IMG/VR virus record: IMGVR_UViG_3300031760_000002
Coordinates: 112,840-176,839 of that record
Source of the DNA: a virus
Lineage: Duplodnaviria; Caudoviricetes
DNA length: 64,000 bases
Strand: one strand, 5' to 3'
Shown one piece after another: positions 45,678-55,549 of the stretch (its first letter is position 1; every line of letters starts with the position of its first letter). The position numbers and the translations under genes were made by a program. The notes beneath the pieces were generated by a model. The model ran no database searches. It was given only the letters and a program-made list of their open reading frames with translations, and was not told where the DNA came from.

Positions 45678-45757
45678 TGGATACGGAGGCTGGACTCGAA
45701 CCAGCGACGCGGGGCAAAGCTGTAGGGCCCCCGCACTACCATCTGTGCTACTCCGAA
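45678..45757 (-). ncRNA. tRNA-like RNA with 11-nt anticodon loop
   Basis: Normal D- and T-arms and CCA end; anticodon arm GGGGC-CCTACAGCTTT-GCCCC. Confidence 0.65.
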
Positions 45758-45759
45758 AA

Positions 45760-45844
45760 TGGCTCCAGAGACAGGACTCGAACCTGTAGTTGCTTTCGCC
45801 ACGGATTAACAATCCGCTGCCCTACCAATTAGGCTGACTCTGGA
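45760..45844 (-). tRNA. tRNA-Asn(GTT) with enlarged variable region
   Basis: Loop TT-GTT-AA, U1-A72, G73, CCA; 13-nt variable region. Confidence 0.85.
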
Positions 45845-45904
45845 AAACGGAGGGCGCTTTTCGCACGCCCTCGGAAACCGATCCTGCGCATGGCAGGCCG
45901 GAAA

Positions 45905-45981
45905 TGGCGGACCCTGTGGGGATCGAACCCACTACCTCCGAATCGACAGTCCGGCGTTCTAGCCAACTGAACTAAGGGTCC
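45905..45981 (-). tRNA. tRNA-Asp(GTC)
   Basis: Loop CT-GTC-GA, G73, CCA. Confidence 0.93.
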
Positions 45982-45987
45982 TAAAAA

Positions 45988-46345
45988 TGGCTATCTTGCT
46001 GGTAACTACGGGAGGTTCTTCTCCTTTCGTCCCTTCGTGCCTTTCGGCGACGCCGCTGAAGAACGGTAGCCAGCCGAGGTTGCCCACCGAATTTCACAGG
46101 CAGTGCACTACCCCGGAGCCCCACTGCCAGGTTGCTCCGGTGCGTTTCATGCTACTTTACGGCAGCCTTATCGGACTTATTTGGTCGTGCCCTCCCGGTC
46201 GTACTCCCCGCTCCCGAGAACGTGTGCCGGATTCGAACCGGCCAGGTGGTACGATTTGTTCGGTAAGGTAATCCGGTGAGGGCATGCCCCTCTTAGGCGT
46301 CCGGTACACCCCACGGCGGTGAGGAACGCCGTGGAAGTTTCTGGA
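45988..46345 (-). ncRNA. Candidate structured non-coding RNA inside the tRNA operon
   Basis: ~350 nt without a credible ORF; several GNRA-capped hairpins, a T-loop module and a 3' GCCA. Confidence 0.45.
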
Positions 46346-46370
46346 TTCTTGGATTGTCAAAGATCTTGGA

Positions 46371-46446
46371 TGGTTCTCGGGGTGGGACTCGAACCCACGG
46401 TCATTCGGATGTAAACCGAAGGTTTTAGCCGCTAAACTACCCGAGA
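46371..46446 (-). tRNA. tRNA-Val(TAC)
   Basis: Loop TT-TAC-AT, CCA. Confidence 0.9.
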
Positions 46447-46517
46447 GCGGAAAACCGCCACGTACCAGCGGAAGGCTTGATCGGACCGATGATACGTGGC
46501 GGTATTCATGCAGGCGG

Positions 46518-46546
46518 ATTCTATACTAGAACCGTATTTGTGTCAA
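46518..46546 (-). promoter_or_regulatory. sigma70-type promoter of the tRNA array
   Basis: TTGACA-17 nt-TAGAAT about 70 nt upstream of tRNA-Val. Confidence 0.85.
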
Positions 46547-47151
46547 ACGATTTCGCACTGCTGGCTCTGAAGCACCTTCAAAGCCGCCTCGTGAGATTCG
46601 TTCGTCACGTCCGCGCACGCGTCCTTGTGGACCACGATCTTGGCGTCCGGGTACTTGGCCCGAATCAGGACCGCGTTCGCGAGGACGCAGATCGAAGTGC
46701 AAACGCCGCAGATGTGGATCTCCAGTTCGCCGCCCTTCGTTCCGAATGGAAGCGTTACGTCATGCTCGAAGTCCAAGGACTCCCTGATTTCGTAATCGAC
46801 AAGGTCGAGGCTGCCGAACGTGTTCTTCTCCACCGTGCGATAGTGACCGGTCGAATCAAGCGCCTTCTTCACGTCGTCGTGCAGCTCGTGGCCCCATGTG
46901 CCGTAGACACAATGCGGGACCGGCAGCTTCTCCCCCTCCAACGTCTTCTGGTAGTTGCCGAAATGCGTGTCCAGCGTGCAGACGACGGCGTCCCAATTGA
47001 TGCCGACGTCGATCAATTTGCATACTTCGCCGACCACGTCTTTCGTCGCATTGTCGTCATCGTTCTTGTGAACGTAAAGCGATCCGCGCTCGTACACGAA
47101 GTCGTTCTGCATGTCCACTACGACAAGCACCTGTGCGATCCCGTCTTTCAT
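46543..47151 (-). CDS. pncA: Nicotinamidase / isochorismatase-family cysteine hydrolase
   Basis: VVVDMQNDF, DTH, PHCVYGTWG, EKNTFGS, GVCTSICV. Confidence 0.88.
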   Translation of the reverse strand: MKDGIAQVLVVVDMQNDFVYERGSLYVHKNDDDNATKDVVGEVCKLIDVGINWDAVVCTLDTHFGNYQKTLEGEKLPVPHCVYGTWGHELHDDVKKALDSTGHYRTVEKNTFGSLDLVDYEIRESLDFEHDVTLPFGTKGGELEIHICGVCTSICVLANAVLIRAKYPDAKIVVHKDACADVTNESHEAALKVLQSQQCEIV

Positions 47152-48026
47152 TGTTTTTCCTCCTCTTCGACGTCGTTCCAGACGACCAGACTGTGGCCAT
47201 CGAATTTGCCTCTCTGGTACCCGAGCTGCTTCGCCAAGGCGTCCGGATTTCCGTAGGTCTCCGTATACTCCGCTTCAAGACTCACGGCAGTAGTGTACAG
47301 CTTCTCGCCATCCTTGACCTCGTCGGTCCAGGAAATCTTGCAGAAGTGCATCCCCTGCTTCTCGTTCATTTCGTTGATGATCTCGAGCCCGCCGAGGTTT
47401 CTGATCGTCCTGTCCTTCACGGACACTTGCGAGAGCGCGTCGTCCAGCGCATCCTTGATCGAGTAGTATCCCCAACAGGAATCCAGCTCCTCTCCGGATC
47501 CGTCTTCGACGACATATCCATAGATTTCGCCGTCCAGGAACTGCTGGTAGGTCTCGACCTCGCCTTTGAGCCATTCGTAGGCCCTTTCCTTGAGCTTTTC
47601 GTCGTCGCCCTTCAGATCCGGGCAGTCCTTCTCCGCTTGCTCGCGTGTTATAACGGCAATGGCACCGATTCCTGAGTCCCACGGGTCGTTGAACGATCCA
47701 AGCGAAACGGAGATGCCAGAATGGTCCAGCATGTAGATCGGACGGGCGTCCAGGAGATCCGGATTTTGCCGAAGGATCGCGTCGCGGATCGTCTCTCCTT
47801 CTTCGGTTTCTCCATCGAAGATGTCGTCGATCTTGTACCAATGGCGCGTTTTGTAGTCCCTGTCGAACGAGTACTGCCTGTGGTTGCTGTACCATGTCCA
47901 GGCATTGCACCACTCTCTCGGGGACTCCGTGTTGTCGTCCTGCCGGATGTGGATCTTCGCGCTTCCGACGGCGTAGGTCTCCTCGTCGTCGATATCCGTT
48001 TCGATCTTCTTTGGTTCAATCTTCAT
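47148..48026 (-). CDS. Hypothetical phage protein
   Basis: Start re-called at MKIEP; SPREW, YMLDHSG, DPWDSG, GEIYGY, DSCWGYY motifs. Confidence 0.75.
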   Translation of the reverse strand: MKIEPKKIETDIDDEETYAVGSAKIHIRQDDNTESPREWCNAWTWYSNHRQYSFDRDYKTRHWYKIDDIFDGETEEGETIRDAILRQNPDLLDARPIYMLDHSGISVSLGSFNDPWDSGIGAIAVITREQAEKDCPDLKGDDEKLKERAYEWLKGEVETYQQFLDGEIYGYVVEDGSGEELDSCWGYYSIKDALDDALSQVSVKDRTIRNLGGLEIINEMNEKQGMHFCKISWTDEVKDGEKLYTTAVSLEAEYTETYGNPDALAKQLGYQRGKFDGHSLVVWNDVEEEEKQ

Positions 48027-48270
48027 TTTGTGCTTCCTCCAAGTCGATTCCAAGGCTCTTCTTCCAGCAATCGTTGCACAGCCCGGTGATGAACAGCTCC
48101 CGGATCGCCGGTTTGACGTCCGGAAGTATGTTCTGTATCAGTCCGTCGTGCTCCTGGAGCCGGTGTATCTGCAAGGGGGTCAAGCACAGCTTGAACGTGT
48201 TTCCACAGCCCTTGCATCTCAATGTCGCGACGTTGTCGCTGTCTATCTTCACGATCGGATTATTCCACAT
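48016..48270 (-). CDS. Small zinc-binding protein
   Basis: CKGC...RELFITGLCNDCW. Confidence 0.65.
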   Translation of the reverse strand: MWNNPIVKIDSDNVATLRCKGCGNTFKLCLTPLQIHRLQEHDGLIQNILPDVKPAIRELFITGLCNDCWKKSLGIDLEEAQNED

Positions 48271-48682
48271 CTTGCTCCTCCATTCTTGCTTTCACCTTTT
48301 CCCAATACGAAACGGTGCTTTCCTTCTCGTACCCCTTCGGCCCGCCGTTGTGGATCCTGGCCAGGAGCTCGTACGTCACCTCCCGGTCCTTCGGGAGGTA
48401 TCGGTTCCAGTATCCGCACATCACGGCCACCGCGACTTCATCGTCGTCGATGACCTGGCGCAGCGTGTAGTTCGTGCCAAGATGCTCGTTGGCGTCATGC
48501 AGGTACGCCTGCGAGATCTGGTACGGCCCGTGGGACCGGCCGCCGTCCTGGTCCCCGAGGTACCGTCCGTCCGTGCTCTCCACGAAGCGGATGGCCTCGA
48601 AGAACTCCCGCTTCACGAGGAACTCGTCCCCTGAAGCGGAAGCCGCGGCGATCGCCATAGCAACGGAGATCAGGCCCTTCAT
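48260..48682 (-). CDS. Secreted i-type (destabilase-like) lysozyme
   Basis: Signal peptide MKGLISVAMAIAAASA; AIRFVES, GPYQISQAYLHDA, ARIHNGGPKG, YWEKV. Confidence 0.8.
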   Translation of the reverse strand: MKGLISVAMAIAAASASGDEFLVKREFFEAIRFVESTDGRYLGDQDGGRSHGPYQISQAYLHDANEHLGTNYTLRQVIDDDEVAVAVMCGYWNRYLPKDREVTYELLARIHNGGPKGYEKESTVSYWEKVKARMEEQDVE

Positions 48683-48966
48683 TCGGCCTTCTCCTCCTTG
48701 GTCTCCTCGATCTTGTTCCCGACATCGTCGTAGAGCGCGTCGGGCTTCTCGTCGAGCATGCGCTGCATGACCGTGTTCAGCGCCTTCTCGATACCGTCCT
48801 CGAACTCGCGCTTCAGCGTGGCCATGACGCACTCGAAAGTGCTCTGGTCGTTGAATAGCCCTAGGTCGATCGAATGAGAGAACTTGCTGGACCGCTCGAT
48901 CTTCTTGTCATCCTGCCACTCTCCGTTGTTCACGGAGAACGCCACGCTGATGTTCATCGTCTTCAT
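48679..48966 (-). CDS. Hypothetical protein
   Basis: 95 aa, AAGGA RBS. Confidence 0.65.
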   Translation of the reverse strand: MKTMNISVAFSVNNGEWQDDKKIERSSKFSHSIDLGLFNDQSTFECVMATLKREFEDGIEKALNTVMQRMLDEKPDALYDDVGNKIEETKEEKAE

Positions 48967-50115
48967 TTGTTTTCCTTTCTTTCTTTAAGATGAAGGCCCG
49001 GCTATCGAATGTCACGCACGACAAAACAGATTGGGTTTTGTTGTTTTCGATTCCGGGCCGTAAGGCTATGCTTTTTCGTTTTTGCAGGCGCGAATCTCGT
49101 CGAGCTTTTTCTTGTTCACACGAATCTGGTGCCTTACAAAAGACAGTTCATTTTCGTATTTGGTCTTGTACTCCAGATATGTCGCCTTCTGCCCGTAGAG
49201 ATGCGCCAGCTCCTTCAAATACTTGACCTTGTCCATCTTGGAGCGTTCGTTCTGGAGGTTCCTGATCCGGTTGTTGACATCCCTCTGCAGCCAGCTGTTG
49301 CCGGGCAGCTCGCTAGACTTGAGGCGCGAGTACCGTGCTGACAGAACGGCATTGCGATGACGAAGGTCGTCCCCCGCCGACGGTGTCTTCGCGTCGATGA
49401 TCAGTCCAAGCGTCTTGGCGTCGAGCTCCTCCTTCCATCCGAGGTGGTCCATCTTTACGGACGGGCCTCGGGCTCCGCACTTCGGGCACATGTAGAACGA
49501 CACCTTCAGGTGATCGTTCTTTCGATCCATCGGCTCATTGCAGTATTTGCAGCTAGGCATCCTTTTCCTCCTTTTTCTTGAGCTCGTATCCGTGTCTCTC
49601 CTTGAAGTTTTTCCGTACAACCGGGTCTTCCAGCAGCTTCTCGTAGTACTTCTTCGGGGAGAACTTCTCCTTCTTGATCGGCTTCGGAATCAGCCAGTAA
49701 TCCTCGACGACCTCCTCGATGTGTTTGTCGGTCCAGACTGGTTCGACCGTCGTGTCTACCGAGTGCTGATACCAGTCCTTGAGATCGCCTTCTCCGTGAG
49801 CTTCCCTCTTGAGAAATGCGCGCAGCCCAGGGGTGTTCCAGGTGATCCTGTGGTCGCCATCGTCCTCGTACGCCTTGACGAGACTCTCCATCTCGTCACG
49901 CTGCCTGACGCGGTCCCCGGCTCCGTCGAAGTCGTACAGCCCGAGCCTGATCATCATGAGATGCAGCCTCGGGTCGTCGATCTCGATGGCCAGCTGCGCT
50001 AGTTCGCCGAGAAGGGCTCTCGTGATGTTGATCGGGATCTTCAGGATCGCGCAGGTCTGGTTGTTCAACACCTCTTCCAGCAGTCCAGGCAGGTTGCTGT
50101 CGAAGTACAGCTTCT

Positions 50116-50304
50116 TCACGGGACGTCGAACTTCGGCTTGTTTCTTTCGTTCCATGCCTCTATCGCCTCCTCCGGTTTGTCGAAGTACTCCGTGGTATTG
50201 AAGCAGGCGTCGTACGAGCATTCGACGAAATAGCCGAGCCCGTCTTCCACCAGATGCGCTTCGTGCCCGCTGTCGGAGCATCTTTCAAGCTTAGGCTTTT
50301 CCAT
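50116..50304 (-). CDS. Lar-like small zinc-ribbon protein
   Basis: YFVEC...C...EEAIEAWN, as in Lar-family proteins. Confidence 0.5.
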   Translation of the reverse strand: MEKPKLERCSDSGHEAHLVEDGLGYFVECSYDACFNTTEYFDKPEEAIEAWNERNKPKFDVP

Positions 50305-50481
50305 CCTTCTTCTCCTTGTCTTTCTCGTACCACTGCGCTTCGGAGGCCATGATATCGAGCTGTTCTCTTGCTTCTTTCACGAGCGCTCTGTAGTGCCGGT
50401 ACGTTTCCGTGTCCGGGGCCTGAGTTTCGTTAAGAAACTCCAGTCCGTCGGTCACTTTCTTAAAGGTGTCGAAAACGGCGC

Positions 50482-51012
50482 TCATTCCTTCTTCTCCTTG
50501 TCGAGTTCAGGCTTCTTGTACTTCTCGTACCAAAGCTTCAGGCAGGTAGGCTCTCCGTTGGAATCCGTCTTGATCTTGTAAAACTCGCAGCGGTCCATGC
50601 AGCACCCTCCCTGCGCGTCGCAGAACTTGTCGAACTCGGCACCGTACCTGGCGACGATGTGGTTGTCGAGCTCCCTCTGGAAGTCCTTGTCCTTCAGGTC
50701 CTGCATGATGCCGAACCTGTAGTCCGGGCTTGGAGGCCTCTTGCCGACGAGCGGGATCGTGACGTGCCAGCATCCTCCCTCCGTGAGCAGCTGCCCGTAC
50801 CGGTCGATCTCGGCGGTCTCGTCGTCCGTGAGGATCATCACCTTCGGGACGACCTCCTCCTTCTCGTAGACGAACAGGTCGGACTCCTTGCCCTCCTCCT
50901 TCTCGCGGTAGTAGTCCGCGTTGATCTGGTGGTCGAGCTTCTCCAGGGCTTCCCCGTACGAGTCGGCCCGGCACCATTCTCCGTCCGTCATCAGAATGAC
51001 AGTGATCTTCAT
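50482..51012 (-). CDS. Hypothetical protein
   Basis: 176 aa, coupled. Confidence 0.65.
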   Translation of the reverse strand: MKITVILMTDGEWCRADSYGEALEKLDHQINADYYREKEEGKESDLFVYEKEEVVPKVMILTDDETAEIDRYGQLLTEGGCWHVTIPLVGKRPPSPDYRFGIMQDLKDKDFQRELDNHIVARYGAEFDKFCDAQGGCCMDRCEFYKIKTDSNGEPTCLKLWYEKYKKPELDKEKKE

Positions 51013-54000
51013 TACTTGTTCCTCTTGGATTTTAACGCGTCCACTACCACAGCCACGACAAACGACGCAGCCAGTGGCCCCAGGACTACCATCTCGATCA
51101 CCGAGAACGTTGCCAGGCAGCTTCTTGCCCCCTGGCTTTCAAGTGGCCATGCGTAACCGTACAGCCATGCCATGATTCGTCCTGCGAAGTAGATTATCAT
51201 TGCTCTTTCTCCTTTTCTGAGTCGTAGTATCCTTGCAACAGTTTCCTGAATCTGTCAGCGAATTGACCCATGTAGTACGCGACGTATCTGCAGTCGTTGC
51301 TCTCGCTGTCTGCGTAGTTCTTGCTCATGGTATTCATCTGTCCTATGAGCAGCTCGACCTCGGCCCTTTCCGTGTCGTTCAGCCTCATTGCTTTTCCTTT
51401 CTTACGATGACGACCTTGCGGTCATAGGCAAGACGAACGGTAGCTGTGGCCACGGCAAGGGCTAAGCTCATTTCGCTCTTTCCTAGGTCTTTGAGCTCCT
51501 TTGTGTTCTCGAGAGTGTTGGTCACGAGCTTCAGAAACTCATCTTCGCTCAAGGCGTCCACGGTACGGACGCCTTCTTCATCCTTTTCGTCCATTCTTTT
51601 CCGCCTCCCTTTTCATCTTGTCGAACTGATCCCATGCGCGGTTCATCAGAACGTCGTACATATGGCGAACCAGGCGTAGAGCCGTTTCCAACTGCTCGAC
51701 GCCTTCCATGTGCCCCTTGCCCGTCGGAAACGACGAACTGGTCTCGGCTATCAGCCTTGCGGCCCAGTCCAGCCTTGTCATGCCCTCCGTGGCGTAACGC
51801 AGGTTTGTCACCTCTTCGCTGGTCATGCGTGGCTCCGTTTCGACAGACTTTTCTGGACAAGATCCAGAAGCAACTCTCCGTCCGCCTCCCCCGCCTTTTT
51901 GACCTCATCGCCCGTGAGGCCGTTCAGGTACCCGGCGTACTCGTCGGTGAACTCGATCTCGTTGACCAGCCCTCCACGTACGGACTTGAACTTTCCATCA
52001 AGGCTGTTCCGACTGAAATAGCATTTGTGTCCTGCACCATTCATGTGTGGCTCTCCCACCCGTTGTCACGGTAGATGAGGCCTCCGACCATGACGCGGTT
52101 GTTGTCCCGGTCGAACACGCACCAGCTCATCCAGTTCTCCTCGTGCAGGTCATCGTACAGGCGGCAGACGGAGTCCCAGCCCCAGCTGCACAGCACGTTC
52201 ACGAGCCAGTCCGAGAGCTTCATCTTGCCGACGGACACGGGTAGCCTCAGGCATTTCTCGAGGCGCTTCTGCGCCTCCTCGCTTGCACATTCGATCTTAG
52301 CCATTTTTTCCTCCTACACTTCGATTTCCAGGCAGGGGTCCGGATCCCAGAACTCCCAACGGTTCTTCGCGTCGTTCTTCCACGAATCGTCCTTCCTGGC
52401 CTTTTCGATTACGGCCTCGATCCAGTCGTGGAACGAATCGAAGTCGAAGTAATCGACGTCGTCGGCCGCTTCGTGTATGGAATCGATTTGCCCCCACGAT
52501 AGATCGAAACGGAACTTCACGTACGTAGTTTTGTCGTACGCCCTTTCTCCTTCGGGATCAGTGTCGGTGAACTTGATCAGCTTCGTATCGGCGTCTTTGT
52601 TCTGTTTGTACATCATTGTTTCTTCTCCTTGAACCACCTGTTCTTCTCCGCCGTCTTGACGATGCATGACCGCAGCTCCTGCCCGAACCATTCGGACCTC
52701 AGGTAGTATCCGTATACACTGTCCTCAGCCTCGACGTACACCTCGTCAATTGAAAACTCATCCGCCTTCGAATGCGAGTCTTCGTTCACTATGGACATGG
52801 TGTCGTTGACGAACGCGTCCACGATCTTCTTTGCTCTGTCAAGCGTGAACGGGCCCTCGACTGTGACCCTTTCTCCCTCGGAGTCTGGCTCGGTAATGTA
52901 TACCACCAGATACTGCTTCTTATCATCCTTCATCATTCTCTCCTCCCGTACATCAGCCAGTGGACGCCCTTGCTGTGGTGGTCGTCGAACCAATGCCAGA
53001 CGTCCATGACTTTCGTTCCCCTCTTGAACTTGACCCACGGGGTCTCGAACTCCTCGTCGATCACCCAACGGTCCCCGGAGCTGTCGGTCGGGACATCGCC
53101 GAGCGCCTCCCACGCGAGCGCCAGCCATCCGTCGCACAGCTTCAGGTTATTCTGCGGGTCGGCGTCGCGCACCCAGTCGGAGAAGGACATGAAGTCCTCC
53201 GACCCGGTCTTCAGGAACACGGCCATCAGGTATCCGTCAGTTGGAAATTTCATCGCTGTTTTCCTTTCATACTAGTTCGGTGTCTATCTCCACGACAGGC
53301 CAGTCGCCCAGTATCATCCAGTCTCCAGGCTCGAAGCCCGCGTACGCCATCACCCGGCGTATCCATTCGTACACCGGGCAGTCGTTCTCGAACTCGTCGG
53401 AGCCACCTGACAGCATCTCGATCTGGTCGTCGGTTATGTCCTCTCTTAGAGCGATGCGAAACCCGCGAAGCTGCAGCAGCCTTCGGTCGGATCCATCAAG
53501 ATTCGTGTTGAATGTCATTGTCAATCCTCCCAGTCTGTATTTCTCCGTACCCATCTCCGAAGTCCATCGTCATCGTACAGGCGCTCCTTCAGCACCTCCT
53601 TCGCGTCAACGTCCCAGGCGTCCATGACGGACCGGACCTTCATCCATCTCAGATGGCTCCTAAGAGCCTTCTTCGACGGATGTTTCTTTCGCCACTCGTC
53701 GTAGAGACGGAGGGAGGCGCCGGCGTCCCACAGGCAGCCGCCTGGACGGCACCTCGCATAGAGGATTCCGTCCCGTTCGACCCACTCGTAAGGCTCAACA
53801 CCTTGGAACCTGAGAGCCTCTGTTGCCAGTTTTTTGTTCATTGGACGTCTTCCTTCTCCTTCACGATCACGTTGTATACAGTGTCGTCGCTCTCCAGGCT
53901 CCACTCTCCGTCGATGTGCTCGTACGAGCAGTCGTCGACGCAGGAAACCTCGTTCCCGTCGGGATCGAACAGGACTGCCTCGGACCACAGGTTGTGCTGT

Positions 54001-54501
54001 CCGGAGCAGACCTTTACGTCCACTTCATAGCCGTCGTCGAACCTGGCTGTCCTGATGAAGAGAGTGGAGTCTGGCTCGACTTCCTCCCTCTCCATGTCCT
54101 CCTCGTCGTACACGACGTCGAGCAGCCTGTTGAGCCGCTCGATCTCCTTCTTCGGTACGTATACCGACTTGGTGTAGCTTTTCATGGCGAGCGCCTCTTC
54201 TTTTTGTTTCTCTTATGATGGTCGTTGTAGACCTTGTCCTTGAAATGGTCCACGATCCATTCGTTGTCGCTCGGATCATACGCCCCGCTTACGAACACGT
54301 CTCCGGAGGAATCCCTCACGGAATAGTAGTACCCTTCGTATTCGTCGAGATGAATATGCCACCCTCGAAGCATGGACTCGAACGAACCGTAGTAGAACCG
54401 CTTGACGACATCGCTGTCGTAGTCGGAATCCTTCTCACCACAGCTGCAGTCGTACGATTCGGGGTTGTTGATGGTGATCACGTATTTCCAGTCTTTTTTC
54501 A

Positions 54502-54867
54502 TCATCTCTGGTCCCCCGTCATGAGGTTGTAGCCTTCCCCGGACGCGAGCTTATCCAGTCCCTCGTAGCAGTCCTCGGACAGCTGCGGCATGTTCTCTGG
54601 CTTCAGGTCCTCGATCAGCTCCAGGTCGCCGACGGCGCGGTCCAGCGCCTCGAACGGGATGGAGTAGTCGTGGTCTTGCTGCCACTTGATGCGATGGGCA
54701 CGGACCACGAGCGCGAGCTCCTTGGAATATCCTCGGATCTCCTGCGCCGCCTGGTCCAGGTGGCCGACGACGAGGTGCTCGTACGGATATCCGTCATAGC
54801 ATTCCTCGATCAGTACGGCCGCGTTTCCGATGTGCTTGCGAAAGCACTGTAGGCACGGTTGCCTCAT
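54502..54867 (-). CDS. Helical protein with CxxCxxKH motif
   Basis: Start re-called at MRQPCLQCFRKH. Confidence 0.65.
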   Translation of the reverse strand: MRQPCLQCFRKHIGNAAVLIEECYDGYPYEHLVVGHLDQAAQEIRGYSKELALVVRAHRIKWQQDHDYSIPFEALDRAVGDLELIEDLKPENMPQLSEDCYEGLDKLASGEGYNLMTGDQR

Positions 54868-55117
54868 CCCAGCTCCCCCTCCAGAACGAACCCGCTTTCG
54901 TGGGCGATCTTCAGCACGTCGTTGTACCACTCCTCATAGTCTCTTTCATCAGAGGGGTCCGTGACCCAGTCGGGAGGGTCCTCCCGATAGAACCCTCCCT
55001 CCCTGATTTCGACTTTTTTTCCGTCCACGAGCTCGGCATAGGCATGGACGCAACGGTCCTCCTCGTGCCATTCCAATATCAAGTCAGACATTATCTTCAT
55101 AGCTTTGTCCGGGGTTA

Positions 55118-55549
55118 TCACCAGTTCTCGGTAGACTTGATGAAGTTCTTGGTCAGCTCGAACAGCTTGCGGCAATTCACGTTCGCGTCTCCGTCGACGA
55201 CGTACCATTTTCCGTCCATGAAGAGGTAGCCCCACTCGTCGATATCCCCGTGGACAAACTCGTCGACGCCATTGTACTTGATCTGCTCGAAGTCTTCACC
55301 ACGGTCACGGTGGTACGCGACGGTAACTTCCCACTGCGGACGATCGAACGTGTGCGGCTTCTTCGTCGAGACGTGCTTCCCAAGGGACGAGATCGCCCCT
55401 AGATTCACCAGGCTCTTCACCTTGCTGAGCGTCTTGTAGTGGTTCAGCAGAATGGTCCCGTGATGGGACGGATAGCCGTCCCAGTGGGAGTAGATGGAGA
55501 CGACGGAACCGTCTTTCTCCACGTATCCGATTCTAGATCTTGTGCTCAT
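55118..55549 (-). CDS. Phage protein with YxHWDGYP motif
   Basis: MSTRSRIG...SIYSHWDGYP...AYHRDRGE; GGAGG RBS. Confidence 0.75.
   Translation of the reverse strand: MSTRSRIGYVEKDGSVVSIYSHWDGYPSHHGTILLNHYKTLSKVKSLVNLGAISSLGKHVSTKKPHTFDRPQWEVTVAYHRDRGEDFEQIKYNGVDEFVHGDIDEWGYLFMDGKWYVVDGDANVNCRKLFELTKNFIKSTENW

Noticed and set aside
45988-46345. Standard tmRNA or RNase P call
   Set aside because: No GGGG...TCCACCA alanine acceptor stem, tag reading frame or RNase P P4 consensus could be identified by eye, so it is left as an unassigned candidate.
43156-46446. Prophage attachment site at a tRNA
   Set aside because: No integrase and no duplicated tRNA 3' end seen; phage-like genes continue on both sides.
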